This document shows positions 37,271-52,004 of a stretch of 64,000 nucleotides of DNA, piece by piece. Source of the DNA: Octopus sinensis. Taxonomy: Eukaryota. The notes under the pieces were generated by a model. It had not been told where the DNA came from, searched no databases, and saw nothing but the letters and a program-made list of their open reading frames with translations. Every line of letters begins with the position of its first letter. The stretch's first letter is position 1. The stretch spans positions 62,001 through 126,000 of the forward strand of contig NW_021836134.1 of NCBI RefSeq assembly GCF_006345805.1, read 5' to 3'. The translations under genes and the position numbers were made by a program.

Positions 37271-37695
37271 TTTTGTTAGTTAGTTATAGGACGTTTGCGT
37301 TACCAATAAACACTGTTTATAATTTCGCTTGTGCCATGTTCTTTGTAGTATCGTCACTGTGACGTTAGTACATTAGGTGGTATTTTCCGAAAAACTTCAT
37401 CCTCCCTCGACTTTTTTATCTTGAAGACAACATACATCCATTTCATAACGATCCTTGTACAGATGTACCTTTTAAAACTCGCTGCTAGTCCTCTAACATT
37501 AAATGAGGCGATAGTAAATGGCCCTGATCGAATAGAACGAGAACATATTTGAGGAAATTGTCTAATTTTAGTTGAAAATTAAGTAAAGGCATTGTTAAAG
37601 ACTAGCCTTTTTGACGTCAAGTAAAAAGTTTAATTGGCTTGTGTTTACTGATCAAGAAGTTTTGCACGTTTTGTAAGGAGAATGTCGAATTGGTG
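37271..37695 (-). mobile_element. 425-bp LINE derivative with AP-endonuclease N-terminal remnant, tail and 20-bp TSD
   Basis: FTIASFNVRGL and DRYEMDVCCLQ; ends TAACTAACTAACAAAA; flanked by identical TAAGTCCCCAACCATTTACT at 37251-37270 and 37696-37715. Confidence 0.7.
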
Positions 37696-38014
37696 TAAGT
37701 CCCCAACCATTTACTATCAGTGTAAATACGCAAGGTCAAATATTTATGGCACATTTATTGCAATCTTCCTTAAAGGCGTTAAGATCCATTAGAAAAGTGG
37801 GCATTGTCAGCATAATTGTCAGATTTGTTGACCAATCCCTCCAAACCACCGAAATAGAGATGTCTCAAAGACAACCAAGAAGATGGCCTCCAAAAATGAG
37901 GGCCAAAAACGAGTATGAAAAGATGCTCTTTAGTAAGTGCTGCTTTCTCTACATCTCTAGCCATATGCTTAAATGTAGCCATGTAGAAAGTATATTAATT
38001 TTATTAAATAAAAA

Positions 38015-40625
38015 TTAACTTCTGAGAAGTTTGTTCCTCAGACGGAGGTCCTCGATATATGTGACAAAGTCCTTTTTGGTGATGATTCCACCACCTCACT
38101 ACACGACAGTCTTACCACATACGCACTTATTTTGGTGATCAAAACTTGCCGGATTCCCAACTTTTGGAACATTTCCAACGTGATGTGGATAGACCCGAAC
38201 ACAGTCATTGTCATTGGACTCTGTGGTTGGCCCAAAGACCTGACCTGGTCGAGGATGACGGAGAGTCTGGCCGACTTGTGCTGTTCCGGGCGAGGACCAG
38301 AAAAATAGACGATTGTGCTATCGGAAAATCCATTCAATCGGTCTGTCATTAAGTAGAAGGTGTACCCAGTGCATATTCGAGGTCTCTTCGATAAACAAAC
38401 CCCGCCAACACTTTGTAGTGCCTGGACACGACCACTGGAAATCCGTTATAGTTCGTTTCCTCGAGAATTTGTTCTGAAATGGAAAGAAATGAATACTGAT
38501 TTCGGAAATGGTCATTTTGTTCTGCTCGATGACAGTCAGTTCGGCCGAGTTGTCCCTGCGAGTGAATGCCCAACAAAACATTGCGTGAAGAACGTCATTG
38601 GCCGTGCCACTCTCGGAAATCTCGTCCTTTCCATCGAGGAATGGGAAGCCGTTCAGATGGATGTGTCGGTCGTATCTATGAAATAAAACCAGTGCCTACA
38701 TCCCCTCCTTCCCAAACCAGTCAGCAATCCACTTGCTGGTCATTGTGGCCATCATTATGGGGATTATGTAGGAAATCCCGCCAGTCATCTCGTACATAAT
38801 CACCACCAGGGACACTACTATAAATACTCAACAACACCAGTCATTCGGGTGACCCCCCCAAGTGTGGCGGCAGCTCCCACAAGCGCGTACACTCCGGGGT
38901 TGATCACAGCCACCAGAGAGGTCGAGTTGATGTAGAACGTCCTACAATGACCATAGTCCCCAACCGGGCAATCTGCTGCACTCCTATGCCCACGATTCGC
39001 CCCATTATGGCCCCCGCACAAATCGTGGGAATGAATAATCCAGCAGGCACCTTCGAATAAGTCCACACAACACCTTCAGTCCAAACGTGGTCACCGTGAA
39101 CACAAATTTGAGGACAAGGATGATGACCAACTGCCACATGGAAGTGTATATTCCAGCCCCAAGAGAAGGGTTCCCCTGACGGTCCTGCCCGACCGAGTAG
39201 TCCCATTGGTAGTCACTAAGACATGGAAAAGTCCACTACCAGAGTGGATTGGAATCTCCGACGTGGCAGGCAGCAAAGAGTTGTCGGATGAAGGAATTGG
39301 AGTCCTGACGAGTGAAGGAGAAGGGGTACGAGGCCAAGACAGTAACAAGAGTGACCACCACAACCTAAAATAGTAGGAAAGAGAGACCTCAGTAATAGGA
39401 AACCTCCCTATAAAAGAATTCTTTCTGTAGGCGCAGTATTTGACGTTAAGTCGAATAAAGAGAACTCCATAAAACCCCTGAATAGAGAGGAGAGACAACC
39501 CCGATTATGCCCAGGAGGAGGAAGGGAATTAGTTCGACGTAAGCAGTGGGATCGTCGTAGCCAATGTAAAACAGAATGTCCTGACCACCCCTGTTGACGC
39601 CCGACAGATGGACGGCAAATGTGGCCACCAATGCACAGAAGAAAGACCTCCAAATAGTCTTGAGGGGAAAAAAGTAGCTCACTTCTTCCAGGCTAAATAG
39701 AACCCCTCCCACAGGGGCACCAAAGGCCACCGAAACACCCGCAGCCACGGCCGAGGACAGAATCTGATAAGTGAGTCATCACACCTCTCTCTTCTTGACT
39801 TCATTCCGCCTGAACTTGGGAAAGAGTTTGGAAATAAGATTGCCAATCGAACAGCAAATCTGCACGAACGGACCCTCCTTTCCCAACGACAGTCCCCCGG
39901 CCGAAGACAGAACTATTCCAAAACATTTGATGATAAGTGTCCACGTGCTGAGGTACCCCCGAATGATGTAACCACTCAGAATGGTCTTCATCTGAAAGTG
40001 AGTGAAGACAATACCTCGGGAATGCCCGACCCACTGGCGTAGGGGGCGAGGAACTTAACCATCATGGCTGCGGCAGTAGTGTAGAGCACAGAGAGGAGAC
40101 AAAACATGAAATAGTCGAATATATATGCACCATTCTCCTTTCCCCCTGCCAATTCCGACCAGGGCTTCCACTGCCAGTCAGTCACTCCATTACATTGGGA
40201 CACGTCTTGGAGTCCACTGTGTTGTTGGCAGTCCAGCAGCAGTCCTCTCTCCCCAGTAGACGGTCGGATAGACAGATTCCATGCACAAGCGAGCCCATCC
40301 ACTTGTAGGACATATCGATATAGGCAGCCGTCAGTCCCGAAAGGACCCCCACGATAAGAATGCAGATCCAAGACGACGAAGAGTCGAAAATGTACTTAAA
40401 AAGTCCGACCGATGACTTTTTTGACTCGACTACAATTTGTCTATGACGAATGCGGTTTCGCTGAAAGTTCCGTTGCCAGTCGATCGTATGGAAGTCGTCG
40501 TATTTCACGGCTTCCATCATTTTCAGGTGGAAAGACCCCCGAGAATGGTCGGCTACTCCGTGGAGACATTGCCGTCCGTCCACGGCCACGTCAATGAACT
40601 CGTCGTCCGAAAGGTGCACGTCCAT
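38015..40625 (-). CDS. CLCN3/4/5: CLC-3/4/5-type 2Cl-/H+ exchanger with C-terminal CBS domains, about 15 tiny introns
   Basis: [20 protein letters not shown] (gating Glu), [10 protein letters not shown] (proton Glu), PAGLFIP, GGVTRMT, NGFPVVV, GIITKKD. Example introns: 40171-40193, 39992-40014, 39764-39784, 39216-39239, 38676-38699. Confidence 0.95.
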
Positions 40626-41020
40626 GCTTTAAGCTAATAATTAAATTTATTATTTTTTTGAATATCAATTGCTTTCGATTATCTAATTGTAATATAATTA
40701 TAAATAATTAAAAATGCTTGTTTTTTCAATATCAATTTTTCACACTTAATTTTAGTGGAACTTTCGAGAACTAGAACAACATAAACCACAAGTCAATGGG
40801 TAATTACTAATTATGCAGTCTTAGCTGCCTTCTTTTACTAATTCATTATCAAATTCCTAAAATAGGCTACAAATGTTTCTATTTATGGAGACTAGGGTTT
40901 CGAATAATTGGATATTTTGGAAATTTTTTAATAGTATGTAAAATACGAGAATTTAATTAAGTAATATTATATTTAATTAAATATATAATTAGAATAAAAA
41001 AATAATATACAACGATATAT
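40626..41020. promoter_or_regulatory. AT-rich divergent (bidirectional) promoter region between CLC and PI4K2
   Basis: 395-nt AT-rich spacer between two head-to-head start codons; called from position only. Confidence 0.5.
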
Positions 41021-42302
<1,282 letters not shown>

Positions 42303-42361
42303 TGTGTGTGTATTCACTTGGAGATATTATTTATTAATAAATTTATGTTGTCTTTGGTTAG

Positions 42362-45300
42362 TCATTTAAGTGAGGGGAATGTGGCCATTCTTAGTCGCTC
42401 GGCCTCTGCCCGAAGTGTGGCCAGTTGAGTGGCGTTCTCCTGAATTTGGTCGACCATTCTTCTCCGCATGACCATGTCTGCGTAGCGACTGGTCCTCTCG
42501 TCGATTTCGTTTTCGTGTGCTAAGAGTGAGTGGCGTGCTTACTGTTCATTTCATAAGTTATTCTCCGTTCACTCACTTCCACGCCAACCTCCAAATTCGT
42601 CTCCAACAGAGTCTCGTTATTTTTGAGCACACGCCTGTTTTCAGAGCGAAGGACTGAGAGGAGATTCTGCTTCTCCCTGATGACTTTGACTCCGTGCTGC
42701 AGTGACGGCACACCAATACCTCCTGCTGCTTGACTATGGCCTGTTCCAGTGCTGAAATTTCCCCCTGACTGGTAGAGTTGGCGAACGTGTTGGAAATGAC
42801 CTGCTATGAGGAAACCATTACTTTGTGCATATCTCTGGAAACCTTAAAGTTTTTGATTTCTCTCATTCGGTTGATAATGTCCTCGTATTGCATTTCCATC
42901 TTCTTGTGCTCCCTACAAGTGAGTAGGCGACTGTGCCATTCGAGTTGTGCTATCGAGTTCATCACGTCCTTGCCCTCCCTCATTATGCCTACTTTAACGT
43001 TCGCCACTTTCTACCACGTCCTCATGGAACACCACCTTTATGTCCGCGTTTAGTTCCTCCACGATCGACCTCTCCAGCAGCACCGCGTCGGAGTAATTGC
43101 GGATTCCATTCTCCACGTTTATCTCCACTTGTCCCTGTTTTATCGCGAATTGGATCTCCAAGTTGTAGTATAACTCATTTCTCTTGTCCGCAATCCTATC
43201 AGAGTGTCCACCACCACCAACATTCCAAATGTCCGCGTTATTTCCGGCACTACCACCTTCGTCAAGTCCTCGACTTCTTTCGTCGTCCTTCCCTGCAGAC
43301 ACGCGGCCTCCGTCACCTGAATGTATTTTTTCTTCATCTGCAGTAGTGTCACACGCTCACCTGGAACTCGCTCTCCAGTTTCTGTCGTCGGAAGGCGGAG
43401 AATCTTTCCCACACGTGAGGGTCCACGTCGTCCGGGCGCTGTGCTTCGGCCAGTTTGAGGGTGTTCTCGGCGTGTTTGTAGGACTGCAGCAACTCCTCGA
43501 TCGTGTCAGCACTCCTCAGTCTGCCGTGTCACCTTACACATTCACTTTGGACGTTTTTTGAATATTCTGGACAATCTTTCCGCCCAAGTCGAGTCGAACT
43601 TGGATTTGAGGCTTTTCTCAAGCATTTTGTCGGTGGCCACCAGGATGTCGTACTCCTCGTGAAGTCCCTCGATTATCTGTCGACACTGCTCCCTCAACAA
43701 GGTTTTCCGTTCCTTTCTATTTGAGGCACAATTACAATTTTGTTTTGCGTCGCTGCCAACTTGTTTCTCATCTCGACCTCCCAAAAATCCAATTCCTGTT
43801 CTACCAAAATGAGTCTCTTCATTCGGGCGATGGTCACCTCTTCCTGAGATCTTGGCCTCACGACAACCTGGAATATCGCCGACTGGGAGTTTATTCGACT
43901 TTTGAATAAGTTGTGCAGTTTCGAGTCAAACCCTTTCATCACCTCCTCTATCGAAGAGTCGATTTTCTTGATTTCGTTTTCCAGGACCTGCCGTGTACTC
44001 AAAAATGACCTTTTTGTATTGCTCGTATTCTTCCATGTTCTGTTTCAACTTACGATTGTATTCTTCTGCAAGGTGCAGTTCTTCTACCGTCCACTTTGTC
44101 TGGTCTTTCTCCGCCATAAAGCTCGGCATTTCCGGTTCCTGACCATAATTACCAGCTAAACCTTCCACACGAACTCTTTCTTCACTTGGAGGACTCCTTC
44201 CATCATCAGCTTGAGCCCCCGTTCTCTCCAATTATCCCCATCTGTGCCCTCCATGTCATGTGCAGTGCACGTGTGGTCGCTGTATTTAAGTTTTCCTGCA
44301 ATCTGGCGGGTTATATCGTAGAGTGACCTCCTCCTCTGAGACCAGGAACATGTCGGATGGGTTCTCGACCGGTGCTAGTTTGTAGGGAGTGTCAATGGGC
44401 ACAGTTCCACTTAATTCTTTCACGATCTTGGCCTTGTTTTCGATTTTCTGGTTGATTTGAATAAGTGCTTGTCTCTTCAGTTGCAATGTTTCCTCAAATA
44501 AAGCATTGAAAGACGTCTTGATTTGCTTAATGTTTCTCTGGAGTAACTTCACAGCACTACTTCTGAGAGGCGGATCTGGTCGAATCGGTACTCCATCGAC
44601 TGCGGGTGGAACTGCGTGTGCAGTGGCTCATCCAGATAACGTTCCTGGTGGGCCTACACTGTGATTTGAAGTTGTCAACCGAGTCGTCTACGAGATCTTG
44701 AATCAACTGCAAGTTAGGTGTGATAGTCAACCTTTCTTTCAAACGTGCCTGTTTTGTCTCGGGATTCCATTTTGTGAATTGTTTCCGTCTCCCGCTCGCA
44801 CTGTCGAAGCATCGGGAAATTGCAGACTTGCAAATCTCCTCTGAACATCTTGGAATAAGCACGTGTTCAATAACAAGGAGGGATTGTCCCTTCACTTCGT
44901 AGTTGTCCCAGTACTTGGACTTGATTTGAGACATCTCCGCCGCCTTGGACATGTTCTCCTCCTCGCAGTCGAGTCTCATCTTTGGAATGACTGAAGAAGG
45001 TACCCGATTGATGGCACTGTCGCTCTCCTCGTAGGCACGGGACTCCCTCTCGACGTCGATCACCATTTCGGCCAACTCCAATCTCTCCGTTTCCGGCAGT
45101 TCTTCATTTTCTCGTCGAATCAATTCAATCTGGTCATTTAATGTGGCTACTCACCGATTCCCTGATTTCCTCAAACTTGGATCGGATGTCCCTCTTTTGT
45201 TCTGAGTATTTCTCATTTTCTTTGATGTTGTGTTCGAGTTCACGTTTTTCCTTCCACGTCAAGTCGTCCAAGTTGAGGGAATACACGTCAAAGTCCATTT

Positions 45301-47711
45301 CACCACTCCAAGCGAGACTCTAAAGGTCATAGACACGACGCACCTTTCCTTCCTCGTAAGTTTTGAGGCCACCAAGTGATTTTTCTGTTTGCCAGGAATT
45401 TGATTTTAACTGACTGGAATATTGCCCCTCGCTAACTTGGTCACTGCAAATGAGTAGCTCGTCTCACTTGAGAAACAGAGGAGACTCCCCGAAGTTGTCG
45501 ACAGAACAATGTGCCGTCCGCTGAATGAAGACATGACTTTGGCACCACTTTTGGGGAAGGCACAGAACTGAGTAGTCTTGTCCTGAACAAATAACACAAA
45601 CAGCCACCAATTCCACAGAACTTGTGAAGAGTGATCCGTCAGTCCTCAAACCTGCCAAAGTCAATCCGTCCTGGGAGTTGCAGATACTCCTCACATTCGT
45701 AATTTGAGGGCGGCCGTTTCTGACCGATGGACCTCTCTAGAGTGGTCAGTCGTAAAGACAACGTCGAGAATGTCCCACTGAACAAGAGTGCCCCCCTCGA
45801 TAATGGCGACAAACGAGCGAGGTGAAGTCAATAGACACTCATACAATCTCTCTTTCAACGTGAACATATATTCGCGACTGATTTGGACTGCAATTTAGAA
45901 ACTAGTTTCTTTACAGTTGTCAATGTAAAACACCGCAAGTTTTGTCCCCGAATTGCTGGCGACGAGGCAGACTGTTGGTTGGGCAGAAAAGAGAGAAACA
46001 CTGTCCACTGTCCCCAATTCGACATCTGCCAATAAAACGGTTCAGTCACCAGTCCATCCAAAGACTTCAAATTTTCTGGAGGGATCGGCACTCATAAAAT
46101 AAATTTGCCCCGCCGACTTTGAGGCAAAGGAGACGACCGATTGGTCTGATCTGAGGAATAGTATGTGAACACTCAACGTGATCAAGTCGATTGGATTGTG
46201 AAACAGTTTGACTTGTTGAATCAGTCGAAATTCCTTGAGAGTAGTGGTGTCATAGACATGCAGAATCCCCGATGTGTCACCCACAAACAGAACAGTCGAG
46301 AGAGCACAGAGAGACGAAATCTGCAAGTAAGAGGACTGAGAAAGACTTCAAATGGCATGCACTGACTTGTCACAACACTGCCATCTTCTATTCTCCAAAT
46401 CGACAGTTTTCCCCCCGGTTGGGTAGTCTAGGATCATCAATCCTTGGTTTACAGTCAGGTAGTCTCCGTTTCTGTAAAACGTGCACATGTCAATGATCCC
46501 AACGCAATTGTCATGTTCGATGACGGACACCTCTCCGGGACCAGTTTCATAGGCCATTGTGAGGGACTGCACGTGCTAACACTCCACTACTTTGTCCCCG
46601 AATATCACAATACGACAGTTGGCTGGATCGGGAATTAATCGCACTCTGTCGACTCTCATATTGAATGTGTTCAATTTCTTGACAATTTTGATTTGGTTGT
46701 TCTGTTCTTTCGCAACACACAGGTCGAGATCTGGCAATTAGTGACATATCACCACATTAGTCACAAAGTAGATTTCCGGCCCGTCGACGCAAATGCATTT
46801 CACTGGCCAACATGTGTCAGCTAGTTCGTCTGTCAAGGCCAGTTCGTTGATGTAGGGAGAAGTCTCCGAGTTATACTTGAGTGAAAGAACATCCCTACCT
46901 TGATGAAACGACTTTTATCGCAGACAAAAAGCATGTTATGAGCGTCCAACCAACAGCAACATTCCACGCGGATGGTCGGTCTCTTCTTGGTGTGAGCGAG
47001 GTATTTTTCATAATTTTCCCTATCCAAGTTCAGCAGACAAAAGGCGGGAAATGAATCGTTTGTCGGGTGGTCAAAGAAACTAATAAGTCGGTTGCGGAGG
47101 AATTGGTTGGTGGGCTCCTCATTCGGAGACATCTCGACGAGACTGCAAGTCAGCCCACCCGACGGGCTACCTTTTAGTGATTTCACAGACACTTCCGCAG
47201 AGAGACACGACATACACAAACACGTTCATGTCAAGTGTCAAAATGAACTTGCGTCCGTCCCACTGGTTGGGGACCAGAACAAATTCTCGGAAGGACTCGA
47301 CCTGATCTTGTCCCAGGAACTGTTTGTTGACCCAATCCCTATTTAAATAGACAATCCAGACGACCATAATTTGAGTGTTTTTTCGGATAAAGTAAGAAGA
47401 ATGTTGGTGGAAAGGAATTGGAGGTGCACCAACTGTTCCTGATCGGTAAATTGATAGATAATTTGAAGACTGGGATACTCCCAGACAGTAACCGTCCACT
47501 CTGACAAATTTCCTTCACACGTCGCAAACAAGGATTTGGAGACATGTCCTACCATCAGGGCGGTGTCACGTGAATGAAGTAAATGGTTACAAGACCCTCC
47601 GTGACTGTCGACAATGCGGAGTAAGTTTCCGCTAAGATGGATTACATTTCCTGCACAGAGGGAAGGCAATTCATTATCTCGTCCCTTTATCCACCTTATG
47701 TTGTCAGGCAT
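42362..47711 (-). CDS. CFAP43: Cilia- and flagella-associated protein 43 (WDR96): WD40 N-terminus, coiled-coil C-terminus, many tiny introns
   Basis: IRWIKG start, LKLW|DW, KYWDNYEVKGQSL, IKQIKTSFNALF, ENPSDMFLVSEEEV, and C-terminus EAERLRMATFPSLK* (remembered human EVERLRMKTFPAL). Span fits a protein of roughly 1600 aa. Confidence 0.88.
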
Positions 47712-47756
47712 TCACAAATCAGTTGCCAAGAAACAAATATTAATAAAAACAGTTAA

Positions 47757-48289
47757 TTAATTCTCGTTAGTAAGGAATTCCTCGTACATATCTCTCGACA
47801 TGAGCGTGGAGACGTCGGCCGAGGAGTCCAACTGCATTTTGAATATCCACACTACCAATGGCCATACTTCCTAACCGTCGTTCTTCTCAGATTTGTCAAG
47901 CAAGGAAGGTTTGTCGACCAATGCAGAGTTCACTTCGGAAACAAGTCCAGGGAGAGGGGGGAATACACTGCTGACTGCCTTGACACTCTCCACAGTGCAG
48001 CAGCTCTCTTGGGTGAACCAAATAGACTAACCAGATGTGTTAGCGACTGAGTTCTCTTGGGGTAGTTCTACGTAGACAATTTCTCCCAGACTATCCTAAA
48101 GTGAATGATGTAGAGTAATACAGTGGCATGGGTGGTTAGTCCTACCTTCCCAGTGGTGGACTCGACGTCGATCCATTCGTGGTTTCTGGTAAACAGACGC
48201 TCTGTTGTGATGAATTTGTTGACACCTGGACGGGAAGAGTTCAAAGTCCTCACAGACATTGCCGAACAAATGAGACTTCTCCACCACAT
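47757..48289 (-). CDS. GCSH: Glycine cleavage system H protein (mitochondrial lipoyl carrier), 152 aa
   Basis: RLFTRNHEWI, GKVGLT, LGEIVYVELP, lipoyl motif VESVKAVS. Introns 48096-48121, 48008-48031 and 47852-47875 leave 459 nt in frame. Confidence 0.95.
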
Positions 48290-48594
48290 TCAGAAAATTG
48301 AAATATATTTATAGAAATAAATATAATCATAAATTGCCAGCTTTTTATAACATTTTTTTATTCGATTCATTTAATTGGGAGCCGTTCTTTGGCGCTGAGG
48401 GGACTGGTCATCAAAGATATCAGACATTCACAGCCAATTCAGGCAGATCAAAAAAAGCATGTTTAAAGTACAAATTGGTCAGGTCTGGTTTGAATTGTGT
48501 CTCTCTCCTCTCTTTGGTCTGTTAAATATATTCTCTGTACATGTTAATTCCATTTATCATTAAAAATGTGTATTTTATTATATAAATAGTAACC
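48290..48594. promoter_or_regulatory. Divergent promoter region between GCSH and CCDC191
   Basis: 305-nt spacer between head-to-head genes, with an internal GC-richer patch; called from position only. Confidence 0.4.
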
Positions 48595-51094
48595 ATGGAT
48601 ATTAAATGAGAAAGGATTGTACTCGTGGGAGCCCTCAATCGAACATCCCAAAAAGAAGGAGGACGTCCGAACGTGGATTAAAGTACACAAATGTCTATAT
48701 TCAGAAAATTGAAGAATCTGCCACAAATGCAGTCAAAAACTATTCTTTTCAGGAGTGCGGCGTCCATAGCGAAGGTGCCTTCCATTGGCTGAAACCAAGC
48801 CGAACTGATTCTGCGAGAGTGGCTGGACGACGCCTTCATGGCCAACATTTCAGTGCAGGACGCGTGCGACGTGGACGACATAGTGGAAAGGCTGAAAAGA
48901 AATAAGAAAATTGGAAAGGCGGGAATGGAAGAGTGCCTGGATCCCCGAATTAGGATGAATATGCGCCAAGACAGGGTGATTTCCTGGCATGACTTTTCTC
49001 AGATTAAGCAAAACAGGCAGGATCGAATCAACGAAAAAAAAGAAGCAGAAAAACTCAAACAACTCAAAAAAGCGGCTCGCGAGGAGGTTAGCGAGTCTCC
49101 TGTTATTGCAGGTGCTTCAGGAATTGGCAAAAGAAGAACGAGTTCAGAAACAGCGAGAAATGAAGGAGAAAGCAGTCGTGCGACACCAAATGGCTGAGTT
49201 CAGGAAGGACATGTTGGAATGGAAGCAGCACGTGCACGACGGATTCAGGTCCTGTGGGTTAAGTAGTGGCAGGACGATCACGAATGTCAGAGAGTGTGCT
49301 GTCCAAATACAGCAAAATTGTGCACTCAGAGACAAGAACAAGATTGAGAAGCAGAAAAAAGCTTCCAGAATCATTTCCAAACTAAACGAGGACTTGTTAT
49401 TAAACGTTTTTGTTTTCATGTAGTGTAGACCCAATTCGCCTACTTTTCAGTCTGGAAAGAAACCGTGGAGGACACAAAGCAGTTGGTCCACACGGCACAA
49501 ACGCGGATTTCCCGTCGGAGAATTTACGGATGTTGGTCCCAGTGGAGGGCAAGCTACAAGCAGGCCCTGAGTCGGCAAAATAAAGCGGCAGTTTTTCGAG
49601 AGGAGGAAAAAAACCGACTGTTGATATAAATGAGTAATGTCTAGTCTGAAGGCACGTGCTGATTCGTGGAGAAAATCACGACTGAGCCACAAATATTTTA
49701 TCAAATGGATTATCCAAGTGCAGGTCAATCGTCCGTTCCGTCAAACTGGCGTGGACTTCAAGAGCAAAGTTAAGACATTTCTTGCAAAAACACCCAAAAA
49801 GAAAGACCAAATGACTACAATTGTCACTCCCCAGTTGAAGGTTGTTGAGATTAGTTATTCTCAGGACGAGGCCACGTGGGTAAAGGATATTCCAGAGGCA
49901 GTGTCTAAGGACAAAGAAATGGCTGGGAGGCAGAATCAACACACCAAACTGCTAGAGACTCAGCGAAAGGAAATTGAACGACAAAAATCAGAAATTGAAT
50001 TTTTGAGACAGAAGAGTGTCACAGTTTGATTAAGGAGTCACCCAATCAGGAATGCTTAGAAGCCCGAGCAGCCGCCTGGAGAGAGGCAGAACACGTCCTG
50101 CAGACAAAACAGCGTGAATTGGAGTGATATCAATTTTTTTTACTTGCCAGGAACAGCAAGAGTTTCAAAGAAGAGAAAAAGTTCCGAGAGGGTTGAGTGT
50201 CATTTGGAATTGTAGAAATGGAATCGCGCAACAAACGACGACGGGAATTACGAGATGAAAGAGAGCAGCGCCGTCGAGAGGTGGAGGCAGAGAAATCAGT
50301 ATTTTAAAAAAGAGATGTTCTTAGAGAGCACTGGCCGAGTCCAATGAACGGAAGCAACGCGAGTCTGAGGCAGCAAAGCGGGAACAGCTTCTTTTGGTCA
50401 AGCAAGCACGGAAAGCCAAAGCGCAAAAAGAGGAACAGCGGAAGAAGTTGATGGAAAGAAACATGCGACTAAACGACATGGCCATGCGACATCACCAAGA
50501 CTACTTACTCAGATTCGTTGGCTGGTTTGCCTGGCGGACTTTCCTTGCAACTCAACAACGAAATCAAGAGCGAGCAGTGGCCTTCGATCGGAGTAGACTG
50601 ATGAGGTAAGACCAATTCCTGCACCCCAGGAAAGCCTTGCTGCTGTGGAATGGGGAGGCTGCAAGAAATGTCCAACTATCTTTTGAGTGGGCACGAATAA
50701 AGCACGATTTGGGACTTAAGAAAAGATCTCTCAGGGCACTTGCACAGGTAGTTGACATTGTCGAATGGAAGGTCGTGGCAAATGAAGAAAAACGATTATC
50801 AGATGCTGATTTAGTCTATCGACGAAGAATAATGAGGATTACCCTTATTGACTGGGTCAACACAACCACGGATATACGCATGCAGGAGTATAAATGCCAA
50901 CGAATCGCTCAGAGACACGACCAAAGGTGGTTATTCTTATTTAACGGTGGCTAAGACGTGTTATAGGGAAGTGTTTTTGCGAGTGGAGGGAGGCGATTGT
51001 CCTCAAACGTGAACTCGAACGAGTTGAGAGGAACCGAGATCAGCTCAGGAATAAAGTCAGAGAAATCCTGCCTGATTTTTCTGACTGTTCTTAA
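48595..51094 (+). CDS. CCDC191: Coiled-coil domain-containing protein 191 (KIAA1407)-like, multi-exon, a few probable assembly frameshifts
   Basis: VRTWIK|KIEESATNAV, LREWLDD, DPRIRMNMRQ and C-terminus RDQLRNKVREILPDF, matching remembered CCDC191 motifs HWIKRVEKASEFAV, DPRLTMEMRH and QQLRRKVVEILPDF. Confidence 0.8.
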
Positions 51095-52004
51095 AAATTA
51101 TATTTCCCAATGTATAGTCGTTATTTTATCCCCATTATGTTTTACTATGAACATTAGGTGTGCTTGCTCTATACGATTTTTATTATATTAGACATTACCG
51201 ATCAATATTCGAGTTAGTTTGATCAATATTAGAGTAAAGCGATCGACTAAATCAGTTGTATGTGTCACAGAAAGAAAAAATAATGAAAGAGAATAAATAA
51301 AATAAGATTTCAATCTTCTATAAACTTTCATTGCTTGAAACAAGTCGAAAATTTAAATTTCATTCTTAAAAATCAAGTCTGCTTGGCAGTTGTTAAAAGG
51401 AATCATCCCTAAATGTTTTTGTTGCCAACGCTCGTAGAGAAAATCTCGGTACTCACAGTAGGTAAAAAAATTTGAACATGTTGATCTTGATAATTGAAGT
51501 GTTTTTGTTAAAATGCTTAAATACACTTCTATCTTGGATACATATAGAACAGAAAAATAATATACGAATGAATTTAATTAAGTTTTTTTAATTTAGAAGT
51601 GAACCAAGAGACAAAGTCAAATAATCTGGCTATTAATCTGGTCAAATAATCTGGTTATTTTCGGCTGACAAGGATAAAAACTAACATTTAGTAAAGTTTA
51701 TTTTTTATTAATTATTGTTTCATTATCTTAATTATCAATGGAAAAGCAAACATAACCACGCGTGAGCACGCGTTTGGTTAGCAATGTGGTCATGCTTATT
51801 TTAGTTAAATTTTATTATTTTTGTAATTGGAAACAGAAGGAATATTTTGGGATGTAATTTCTTTTAATTATTAAGTTAATTGAAATTTCACCATTTTGTG
51901 ATATTTTTCCAGTTTATTCCTTTAATCTGTTCTTTATACTTATTTTCAGATTTCTGTACCACTATTTTCTCTGTATTCTTTATTTATTCAATTTTTAATC
52001 TTTT

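Noticed and set aside
37746-38018. Short ORFs next to the CLC 3' end (37746-38018 plus, 37779-37982 minus) as host genes
   Set aside because: No recognisable motif or intron structure; mentioned only with the 20-bp TSD finding.
48520-48556. U6 snRNA-like AAATGGAA...TACAGAGAA on the minus strand
   Set aside because: The conserved GATTAGCATGGCCCC continuation and the rest of U6 are absent.
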